Shown in pieces: positions 19,309 through 26,711 of a stretch of 32,000 bases of DNA. The notes under the pieces are model-generated. The model worked only from the letters and a program-made list of their open reading frames with translations, did no database searches and had not been told where the DNA came from. The stretch is taken from positions 30,001 to 62,000 of the forward strand of contig LVZN01000012.1 of NCBI GenBank assembly GCA_001695645.1, given 5' to 3'. The position numbers and the translations under genes were made by a program. Source of the stretch: Erysipelotrichaceae bacterium MTC7. Its GTDB lineage: Bacteria > Bacillota_I > Bacilli_A > Erysipelotrichales > Erysipelotrichaceae. Position 1 is the stretch's first letter; each line of letters opens with the position of its first letter.

Positions 19309-19860
19309 ATGGGCTTAAATAAAAAAAGATGTCGTTGGGTAAATCTCAATAATGAAAATTATGTAAAATATCATGATCATGTGTGGGGACAAGCAACACA
19401 TGATGATAAAGAACTATTTGAAATGTTAGTACTTGAATCATTCCAAGCAGGTTTGTCTTGGGAATGTATTTTGAATAAACAACAGTCATTTCAGAATGCA
19501 TTTGATCAATTTGATGTAATTACTGTAAGTCATTATACAAATGAGAAAGTAGAAGCTCTTATGCAAGATGCATCCATTGTGCGAAATCGTCGAAAAATAC
19601 TAGCAACTATTCAAAATGCAAAAGTGTTTCAAAAGATTCAAAAAGAATATGGAACATTTGATGCATATATTTGGAGTTTTACAGAAGGAAAAACGATTTA
19701 CGAAGTAGATCAAGGATCTTCAAATTTGTCTAAACAAATCTCGAAAGATTTGAAGAAAAGAGGAATGAATTTTGTTGGGCCAACAATTGTCTATTCGTTT
19801 TTACAAGCCATTGGAATCTTGGATTGTCATGAACCGGATTGTTATTTATATCAAAAATAA
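19309..19860 (+). CDS. tag: DNA-3-methyladenine glycosylase I
   Basis: RCRWVNL..NYVKYHDHVWG...ELFEMLVLESFQAGLSWECILNK...RNRRKI...GPTIVYSFLQAIG...H..DC parallels E. coli Tag throughout, including the C-terminal Zn-ligand region. Weak SD. Confidence 0.9.
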   Translation: MGLNKKRCRWVNLNNENYVKYHDHVWGQATHDDKELFEMLVLESFQAGLSWECILNKQQSFQNAFDQFDVITVSHYTNEKVEALMQDASIVRNRRKILATIQNAKVFQKIQKEYGTFDAYIWSFTEGKTIYEVDQGSSNLSKQISKDLKKRGMNFVGPTIVYSFLQAIGILDCHEPDCYLYQK

Positions 19861-19870
19861 AAAGGAGAAC

Positions 19871-20848
19871 TTAGCGTTTTCCTTTTTTGTAGTCGACAAG
19901 TGCTTTGTTGAGAATGAAAATCATATCATCGCGTAATTCAACTGGTTTAACAATTTGACAATATTTTGCATATTGCAGTGCCCAGTATAAAATGCCTTGT
20001 TTGGTTGATTTAATTTTTGCTTCGAATGTATGACTACCTAGATCCTTGATTTGAATGTTTGTGCCAAAGGTGTCAATGATATCATCAAGAATGGATGCTT
20101 CACAGTGTAAGGTAATGTATAGTTCATCACCAGAATACATGTAAATTTTATTTGCTATATAGTCATATGGGTTTAACTCATCTTTTCGTTCAAATGACTC
20201 ATCTGTAAGTTTTAAATCCTGGATTTTATCAATGCGGTAATGTGATAAACTATTATGTTTTTCGTTGTAGCTGATAAGGTAGTAACGCTCGTTACTATAT
20301 ACAAGTTCGTAAGGGCATAACTCATATCTTTTTTCTCGACGGGCGATGAGTTTTTTATGATAATCGTATTTGGTGTAAATAAAGGTTACTTTTTTTCGAC
20401 TTTGAATGGCTTCAAGTAAAAGTTCAACATTGAGAAAAAATTCTCGATTTGCTGATTTCTTGTAATTGGTTGTATACACGCGCTCACGAAACGCTTTAGC
20501 TTGGTATTTACTTTGTGTTTTAAGTAGAGCATCAATCAAGTGTTTGCTTTCCGCTTCAGGAATGATTGCAGAAGCGTGAATGGAATGACAAATGAGATTG
20601 ACTTCACTTGGCTCAAATGCGCGTTCAAGTAAGTAATAACCTTGTTTGTTTTGCTCGTATGTTGATATATCGTAACCAAAGTCTTGAAGCATCTGTATAT
20701 TTGCATACAGTGTCCGTCGTTCTGCACGTAAACCATAACGAGCTTCCAGTAGTTCTTGTAACTGCACCCGTGTTAAGGGATGTTGTTCATCACTATCATT
20801 ACGTAAAATTTCCAATAAAGCTAATGGGATTGATTTCTTTTGGTCCAT
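19871..20848 (-). CDS. WYL-domain transcriptional regulator (N-terminal wHTH, WYL, C-terminal extension), 325 aa
   Basis: ORF opens at 20914, but SD gaaagagg precedes the ATG at 20848 (MDQKKSIPLALLEILRN...). wHTH: LTRVQLQELLEARYGLRAERRTLYANIQML. WYL-type SH3-like block: VTFIYTKYDYHKKLIARREKRYELCPYELVYSNERYYLISYN...HYRIDKI. Confidence 0.8.
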   Translation of the reverse strand: MDQKKSIPLALLEILRNDSDEQHPLTRVQLQELLEARYGLRAERRTLYANIQMLQDFGYDISTYEQNKQGYYLLERAFEPSEVNLICHSIHASAIIPEAESKHLIDALLKTQSKYQAKAFRERVYTTNYKKSANREFFLNVELLLEAIQSRKKVTFIYTKYDYHKKLIARREKRYELCPYELVYSNERYYLISYNEKHNSLSHYRIDKIQDLKLTDESFERKDELNPYDYIANKIYMYSGDELYITLHCEASILDDIIDTFGTNIQIKDLGSHTFEAKIKSTKQGILYWALQYAKYCQIVKPVELRDDMIFILNKALVDYKKGKR

Positions 20849-20938
20849 AAGATACCTCTTTCCTATATGTATCATATCATGTGTCAGTTTTTTTGCACTA
20901 GTGATTTGATACATTATTGATGTAAGGAGGATGTGAAA
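20849..20938. promoter_or_regulatory. Divergent control region between the WYL regulator and the HIRAN/SNF2 genes, with candidate operators
   Basis: 8-bp inverted repeat atgtatca (20867-20874) / tgatacat (20907-20914). Perfect palindrome cactagtg (20896-20903). On the minus strand, an extended -10 tgatatgat lies upstream of the regulator's SD. The function of these elements is inferred only. Confidence 0.35.
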
Positions 20939-21265
20939 ATGGAAAAACTTGCAATTACGATATTAAATATGTGCCAAAGATCCTATGCAACAATTAAAGT
21001 GGGGACAGTGTTAACCTTGGTAAAAGACACAAACAACCATTTTGATGATGAAGCAATCGAGGTCCTTGATGGGGATGAAGAAGAAGTTGGGTTTGTTGCT
21101 AACAGTGTTTCAACGGTGATTCGTGGAACCTATAGTGCAGGAAGAATCTACGATAAAATCGATGACCATCAAAAAGTGGTTGTTAAATATGTACATCATA
21201 ATTCGAAGGTTATTGCAGAAATTGAATGGACAGATCAAAAACTTCAAAAGGATCACGAACAATAA
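20939..21265 (+). CDS. Small stand-alone HIRAN-like domain protein, 108 aa
   Basis: SD aaggagg lies 8 nt before the ATG at 20939; the GTG at 20933 is too close. Core VGTVLTLVKDTNNHFDDEAIEVLDGDEEEVGFVANSVS...AGRIYDKID follows the HIRAN pattern (h.L.REP.NpyD.nAI.V....g..vGyv......l..l.d) seen in HLTF/Rad5. Confidence 0.55.
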   Translation: MEKLAITILNMCQRSYATIKVGTVLTLVKDTNNHFDDEAIEVLDGDEEEVGFVANSVSTVIRGTYSAGRIYDKIDDHQKVVVKYVHHNSKVIAEIEWTDQKLQKDHEQ

Positions 21266-21298
21266 AGCCTGCATTGGTTGTATTAGTCTAGTCGAATG

Positions 21299-21328
21299 AA
21301 GAGAGAAATAAATACACTCTCTTTTTTT
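21299..21328 (+). terminator. Intrinsic terminator/attenuator between the HIRAN and SNF2 genes
   Basis: Perfect 7-bp stem aagagag (21299-21305) / ctctctt (21317-21323), 11-nt loop, T5 tail. A possible extended -10, tgttaaaat, follows downstream. Confidence 0.6.
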
Positions 21329-21388
21329 GATTCGTATGATTGTAGTACAAGATGTGTTAAAATAAAGGGATACAAAGGAGTATGTGCC

Positions 21389-24300
21389 ATGTACTTAAGC
21401 GACGAAAAAATTAAAGAAATTGTAAAGAAACCGGGGAACTTTAATTGGGCTAAACGCCACCAAGGAGAAGATGACCTTTTTCTTGCATACGATGTTTTAC
21501 CTGGTGAGTCAGGGCAAGATATACTAGCAACTGTACTGTACCAAGGGTATGAGAGTGATGTAAGAATTCGTCTCAATACTTTTGATTCGGTTGTATCGCA
21601 CGAATGTAACTGTCGTTTTCATACTCCTTCATCCGCATGTGGTCATGTGGGACTGGCATTGTTTAAATATCGTAATGATTACCAACAAGGAGAAGCACAA
21701 ACACCAGGACTACGAAGTGTACAGGCATTACAACGTGCCCAAGAAGTGCAAGAAAGAAGAGATGAGATTGAGCGAGCTAAGGAACTAAGACGCAAGGAAA
21801 TTCAGGCAAGTTACTATGTTCAAGAAGCAACAGAATTCTTACAAAAAATGCAGGAGAAAGAAAAACAAACACTGATTGCTGAATATGACGATCATCAGTA
21901 TCATTTAGAGTTTACCTTTGAAAGACAAAAGGGGTATTACTATTACAATTACGCTAATGATTTCACTTTGAGTGCCAAAATTGGCTACGACAAAACATAT
22001 GTGGTTAAAAACTTACATCAATTGATTGAACATATTCAAAATGAAAGTTTTGTGACATATGGAAAATTCCTTGCATTTCGACATCGCTTGGATTCTTTTG
22101 ATGAATCTAGTATGCAAGCCATTGCATTTTTGGAACGTTCGCTAAGGGCACCAAATCACTATAGTGATGACCGCTATTTAACAATTGATACTGAGAATAT
22201 TGATCAATTCTTTGATGTTTTTAGCAATATACCAGGCCTGATTAATATTCAATTTTCACAGGAAGATTTAATTGTTGATGTACATGTTAGAGAACTTGGT
22301 GATTACTACTTGCTAGAACTTCAACATGAAGACATTCACAATTATCTAGAAGGGGCCCAACATTATTATCAATTTAGTAAGCATACACTTACGCGTTATG
22401 CAATTCACGATGATCCTATGGTCCATGATTTTATTAAGCAGATTATGTATGATCAGTTTTATATTAAAAAAACAGAACTTCAAAAAACGTTGAATTACTT
22501 GCTTAGTGTGTTTGAAAACACCATCGTTTTTCACGGAGTGGATATTGATCAAAGTTATGAAGACCGTATAACGCTTTATGCAGATATTCAAGATGAACAT
22601 GTAATCGTTAAAGTCTTGCTTAGTTGGGAAGATGGATTTTCAAAAAGTTTGTTTGAACAAGATAATCGAGCAATTTCTCATAATGCAAACAACCTAAAAT
22701 TCATACTTGAATCATATGACTTTCATGAAAACAAAGAGAAAAAAGAACTTACCAAAAACTTTCATGATCAAGATACCATTTTCTTCATTGAACAAGTGTT
22801 ACCAAGTTTAAAAACGTATGCCGAAGTATTCATTAGTGATGCCATTAAGCATTTTGATAAAAACAAGTCCATTGGTATCCAAGTAGGTGTTCGTATTCAA
22901 AACAATCTGTTGTCAATTGATGTATCCAGCGTGAATTGCAACCCTGAAGAGTTAAAAGATATTTTGAAGGATTTCCGTAAAAAACGAAAATACCATCGTT
23001 TAAAGAATGGTGAAATCATTTCCTTGGAAGGAGAAAGTATTGCAGAGTTTGATCGCATGATGGAAGATATGCATATGGATCTCAAGGATATTGATTCAAC
23101 GATGAATGTACCTGTACATTACGCATTTCAAATGGATGATGCCATTCACAATTTCCAACAAATCACGGGAAAAGAAGAAACTAGTTTTAAAGAATTTTTA
23201 CATTCATTTGAACAGATTGATCCAACAAAACTAGAAATTGCCCCTACATATGAAGCACTGTTAAAAGACTATCAGAAACATGGAGTTCGTTGGATGATGC
23301 TTTTAAGTATGTATGGTCTTGGTGGTATTCTTGCAGATGATATGGGTCTTGGAAAAACACTACAAGCAATTGCACTATTAGAAACAAAACATGAGCCAGG
23401 AACGACGAGTCTAATTGTGACACCGGCATCGTTGATGCTGAACTGGCAAGATGAATTTGTGAAGTTTGATTCAAAGTTATCCTATTTGTGTATTTATGGA
23501 GATGCGCAAACACGTAATAGAATGATTGAGGAAAGTAAGAACTACGATGTGATTATTACGACTTATGACTATCTAAAGCGTGACATTGATGCATATGAGT
23601 CGATGCACTTTGACTATTTGATTATCGATGAAGCACAATATATAAAAAACCAAACAACAAAAGCCGCAAAAAGTGTAAAACGATTACACAGTCGCGTGCG
23701 CTTTGCCTTAACAGGGACACCAATTGAAAACAGCTTAGCGGAACTATGGAGTATCTTTGATTTCTTAATGCCTACCTATCTTTACAGTTATCGTTACTTT
23801 AAGCAACAATTTGAAAGTCCAATTGTGCTAGAAAACGATGAGAAAAAACAAGCGACTTTAAAGCGAAGAATCGAACCGTTTTTATTGCGTCGTCGTAAAG
23901 AAGATGTACTTAAGGAACTACCAAGTAAAATTGAAAAGAACCTTCGCTTCAACTTTGACTTAGAAGAAGAAAAACTCTATGTTGCAAAACTTTCACAAGT
24001 AAATGAAGACTTACAAGCTTTTATGCAAAGTGAAGAAAATCACCAAATAGAAATCTTGAAGTTATTGATGCAATTACGTCAAATTTGTTGCGAACCACGT
24101 ATGTTATTTGATTCCATTGATCATCCTTCAAGCAAGTTGCGTGGATGTATGGAAATTGTGGAGTCACTAAAAGAAAGTAAACAAAAAGTATTGATTTTCT
24201 CATCCTTTACCACCATTCTTGATTTCATTGCAGAAGAGTTAGATGCGCGTAATATGAGTTACTTAAAGTTGACTGGAGAAGTCAATAAGACAAAACGTAA

Positions 24301-24646
24301 AGAGTTGGTTCAACGCTTTCAAGCAAATGAAGTTGATGTATTCTTAATTTCACTAAAAGCAGGTGGAGTTGGATTAAACTTAACCAATGCGCAAGCGGTG
24401 ATTCATTATGACCCGTGGTGGAACTTATCCGCACAAAACCAAGCAACTGACCGTGCACATCGTATTGGTCAAGAACACGAGGTGACAGTGTTTAACTTAA
24501 TTATGAAAAATTCAATTGAAGAGAAAATATTAGAATTGCAATCAAAGAAGAAAGAGATTGCAGATACATTTGTTGAAAACTCTGAAGGAAGTATCACTCG
24601 AATGTCCGCTTCAGATATTATGGGTTTGTTGCAAAGAACAGAGTAA
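21389..24646 (+). CDS. SNF2-family DEAD/H-box ATPase/helicase with N-terminal SWIM zinc finger (YwqA-like architecture), 1085 aa
   Basis: ORF opens at 21296 across the terminator, but SD aaaggag precedes the ATG at 21389. SWIM CxCx8CxH: ECNCRFHTPSSACGHV (21605-21646). A long middle region follows. SNF2 motifs: I ILADDMGLGKTLQ, II LIIDEAQYIKN, III LTGTPIENSL. The Helicase_C region carries LISLKAGGVGLNLT and QATDRAHRIGQ. Confidence 0.9.
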   Translation: MYLSDEKIKEIVKKPGNFNWAKRHQGEDDLFLAYDVLPGESGQDILATVLYQGYESDVRIRLNTFDSVVSHECNCRFHTPSSACGHVGLALFKYRNDYQQGEAQTPGLRSVQALQRAQEVQERRDEIERAKELRRKEIQASYYVQEATEFLQKMQEKEKQTLIAEYDDHQYHLEFTFERQKGYYYYNYANDFTLSAKIGYDKTYVVKNLHQLIEHIQNESFVTYGKFLAFRHRLDSFDESSMQAIAFLERSLRAPNHYSDDRYLTIDTENIDQFFDVFSNIPGLINIQFSQEDLIVDVHVRELGDYYLLELQHEDIHNYLEGAQHYYQFSKHTLTRYAIHDDPMVHDFIKQIMYDQFYIKKTELQKTLNYLLSVFENTIVFHGVDIDQSYEDRITLYADIQDEHVIVKVLLSWEDGFSKSLFEQDNRAISHNANNLKFILESYDFHENKEKKELTKNFHDQDTIFFIEQVLPSLKTYAEVFISDAIKHFDKNKSIGIQVGVRIQNNLLSIDVSSVNCNPEELKDILKDFRKKRKYHRLKNGEIISLEGESIAEFDRMMEDMHMDLKDIDSTMNVPVHYAFQMDDAIHNFQQITGKEETSFKEFLHSFEQIDPTKLEIAPTYEALLKDYQKHGVRWMMLLSMYGLGGILADDMGLGKTLQAIALLETKHEPGTTSLIVTPASLMLNWQDEFVKFDSKLSYLCIYGDAQTRNRMIEESKNYDVIITTYDYLKRDIDAYESMHFDYLIIDEAQYIKNQTTKAAKSVKRLHSRVRFALTGTPIENSLAELWSIFDFLMPTYLYSYRYFKQQFESPIVLENDEKKQATLKRRIEPFLLRRRKEDVLKELPSKIEKNLRFNFDLEEEKLYVAKLSQVNEDLQAFMQSEENHQIEILKLLMQLRQICCEPRMLFDSIDHPSSKLRGCMEIVESLKESKQKVLIFSSFTTILDFIAEELDARNMSYLKLTGEVNKTKRKELVQRFQANEVDVFLISLKAGGVGLNLTNAQAVIHYDPWWNLSAQNQATDRAHRIGQEHEVTVFNLIMKNSIEEKILELQSKKKEIADTFVENSEGSITRMSASDIMGLLQRTE

Positions 24647-24663
24647 AAGAAAGGAAGACGGGT

Positions 24664-26124
24664 TTATTCGTCATCCTTTTTAAGTTCATCAAATTTTGCT
24701 TTCATCGTCGGATTTTTACGTGTTAGTTTTTTGACGGTTAAGTCATTTGCTTTATTATTAGCAAGACGTAAATTATCTTCTGAGGAAAGTAATGCTGCTT
24801 TTGTTTTTTCTAACTGCTTAATGGTTTTATCGATTCCTTCAACAGCTTCTTTGAACCGCCTACTTGCAAGGTCATAGTTTTTACCAAATGCTTTTTTGAA
24901 TGCATCAAGTTCGTGTTCAAAGTTGGTTATATCGATGTTTTGTGCTCGCATTTGTGCAACCTCTTGTTTATAGGTGAGCGTATTCATGGCTGCATTTCGA
25001 AGCAATCCAATGAGTGGGATAAAAAACTGAGGGCGAATAATGTACATCTTTGGATATTCATAAGACATGTCAACGATTCCGTTGTTGTAGAAATCATTAT
25101 CCATTTCAAGCATTGATACAAGGACTGCATATTCGCAGTTCTTTTTCTTTCGATCACTATCAAGCTTCTTTAAATGATCACTGTTTCGCTTCTTTGTTGT
25201 TGTTTCATCTGCTTCGTTTTTCATTTCAAACATGATGGAGATAATTTCGTTTTGCTCATGATCATATTCACGATAAATATAGTCTCCTTTAGTTCCTTCA
25301 ACGGCAATGTTATCTTTTCCAAACTGTGCGTTAGGGAAGGCAGTTGTGCGAATTTTATTAAATTCATTTTCACAATATTGTTCTAACGACTCCCCAATCA
25401 TTTTTGTCGATTGACGTGCTTTGAAGTCTTTATACGTTTCTACCTCTTCTTGTTTTAAACGCAATTGCAATTCGTATGTCTCTTTCAATGTTTGCTTTTC
25501 AAGTTCGCTTTCACGTTCTTTAAGTGCAACTTCATGTTCTACACGTTCAAGTTTGTTTTGATTCTCTAGGGCAAGCGACTGAAGCTTGTTTTGCAATTCG
25601 AGTAGTTCTTTATCTTTTTCACTGAGTGCATCCTTGATTGCATACGCTTTTTCTTGATCCAAAGCTTCAGCTTTAGCAACCAGTTGTGCAATTTTTGCTT
25701 CCTTGGTAGCTAGTTGGGTTTGAAGTTCTTGTTCAGCTTTACTCACAGCTAACTCTTTTTCTTGGTCCAAAGCTTCAACTTTAGCAACTAGTTGTGCAAT
25801 TTTTGCTTCCTTGGTAGCCAGTTGCGTTTGAAGTTCTTGTTCGGCTTTACGAACCGCCAATTCTTTCTCTTGATTACTAGCTTCAATTTTTGCTTCCAAT
25901 TGAGCAAGTTCTTGTTCTTTTTTAGCAAGTTCGTTTGCTAAGTTTCCTTTTGCTTTTTCATTAGCCAACGCTAAATCCTTTTGATGTTGAACCTCTAATT
26001 GTTCAAGTTTCGTATGAAGTTCTTGATCAAATTCCTTTGTTTTTACTTGTTTAAGTATATCAGCGTATCCAGCATCGTCTAAAGTAAAGGTCTTGTGACA
26101 ATGAGGACATTGAATGTTATGCAT
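24664..26124 (-). CDS. DUF2130-type protein: N-terminal CxxC knuckle, long coiled coil, C-terminal PD-(D/E)xK-like nuclease fold (RmuC-like organisation), 486 aa
   Basis: SD aggagg. N-terminus [27 protein letters not shown] is typical of DUF2130 as I remember it. About 200 aa of heptad-rich E/K/Q/L/A sequence follow. C-terminal putative nuclease motif: E(QYCENEF)...GTKGDYIY...[10 protein letters not shown] (D281, E300, K302; nt 25219-25284). Confidence 0.75.
   Translation of the reverse strand: MHNIQCPHCHKTFTLDDAGYADILKQVKTKEFDQELHTKLEQLEVQHQKDLALANEKAKGNLANELAKKEQELAQLEAKIEASNQEKELAVRKAEQELQTQLATKEAKIAQLVAKVEALDQEKELAVSKAEQELQTQLATKEAKIAQLVAKAEALDQEKAYAIKDALSEKDKELLELQNKLQSLALENQNKLERVEHEVALKERESELEKQTLKETYELQLRLKQEEVETYKDFKARQSTKMIGESLEQYCENEFNKIRTTAFPNAQFGKDNIAVEGTKGDYIYREYDHEQNEIISIMFEMKNEADETTTKKRNSDHLKKLDSDRKKKNCEYAVLVSMLEMDNDFYNNGIVDMSYEYPKMYIIRPQFFIPLIGLLRNAAMNTLTYKQEVAQMRAQNIDITNFEHELDAFKKAFGKNYDLASRRFKEAVEGIDKTIKQLEKTKAALLSSEDNLRLANNKANDLTVKKLTRKNPTMKAKFDELKKDDE
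25648..25869 (-). repeat. In-frame tandem duplication (2 x 108 nt = 2 x 36 aa, plus the start of a third unit) in the coiled-coil region
   Basis: [36 protein letters not shown] / [36 protein letters not shown]. The nucleotide units are offset by exactly 108 nt, with about 11 mismatches per unit by eye. Confidence 0.9.
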
Positions 26125-26182
26125 ATGTATACCTCCTACTATAAGGTATTATACCATCATTCATGGCAGTTTATTTGTACTA

Positions 26183-26229
26183 TAAATAAAAAGAAAACAG
26201 GATATTTATAATTGGGAGATATCCTGTTT
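26183..26229 (-). terminator. Orphan minus-strand rho-independent terminator upstream of the DUF2130 promoter
   Basis: 11-bp perfect stem aaacaggatat (26195-26205) / atatcctgttt (26219-26229). The U-rich tail exists only on the minus strand (ttctttttattta). No annotated minus-strand gene lies upstream of it. Confidence 0.5.
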
Positions 26230-26310
26230 CTTATAAGTCAATAAAATATGATTCAACTATATGTCTGCGTTGGTTTCAAGCCGCAATTAGGAGTTTATCT
26301 TTATTGACTC

Positions 26311-26417
26311 TTGTAGTATTTGTTTGCAAGGATGTAAGTTTCTATCTATATTGTTCTTCTATAGCCTGTATGATAGATGGTACATATAAATACAAACAAG
26401 AGAAACAAATACTACAA
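26311..26417. repeat. 15-bp perfect inverted repeat with a 77-nt spacer in the non-coding region
   Basis: ttgtagtatttgttt (26311-26325) versus aaacaaatactacaa (26403-26417). The spacer contains further imperfect self-complementarity (ctatctata / tatgatag). Function unknown. Confidence 0.6.
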
Positions 26418-26544
26418 AAACCAATAAAAAAACAAGGCTGCAAAAAAAATCGCGTAGAGATTTCGTCAGTCTTGCCTAATGTAATAGTAACAATCCAACC
26501 GTATCATATTCGGTATATTTGTATCATAAATGAGGAGCAAACAA

Positions 26545-26577
26545 ATGTCAAATGCTTTTCTATTTTGTCTGATGTAA
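26545..26577 (+). CDS. Candidate 10-codon leader peptide ORF (MSNAFLFCLM) upstream of the MATE gene
   Basis: SD gaggag (26532-26537) lies 7 nt before the ATG. The ORF RNA (cttttc..ttttgtct, 26555-26570) can pair with 26611-26628 (aggacaaaa..gaaaag). A weak AU-rich hairpin plus T-run follows at 26638-26673. Speculative. Confidence 0.25.
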   Translation: MSNAFLFCLM

Positions 26578-26711
26578 GTAAAGAAACAGGAAAGTGATGA
26601 TCTTAGAAGTAGGACAAAACGTGAAAAGGATTTTGTTAAATACAAATCTCGTGGTCGCTGTATGTATTTTTTTGATACAATAATAAGCAAGAAAAGATTG
26701 GGGATGAATAT

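Noticed and set aside
21296-21388. Upstream-extended starts given by the ORF track: SNF2 at 21296, and likewise GH84-2 at 5207, GH32 at 9448 (GTG), RpiR at 14979 (GTG), WYL at 20914 and HIRAN at 20933 (GTG)
   Set aside because: In each case a strong SD is correctly spaced for an internal ATG and not for the upstream codon. For SNF2 the extension spans an intrinsic terminator. For the secreted enzymes the internal start yields a proper signal peptide.
21389-24646. SNF2 helicase as a component of a known defence system (BREX, DISARM, Zorya, Druantia)
   Set aside because: None of the obligatory partners is present within 10 kb on either side: no PglX/PglZ, DrmA-C/methyltransferase, ZorA/B or DUF1998 proteins. 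The architecture (N-terminal SWIM plus a long middle region) is that of the YwqA-like clade.
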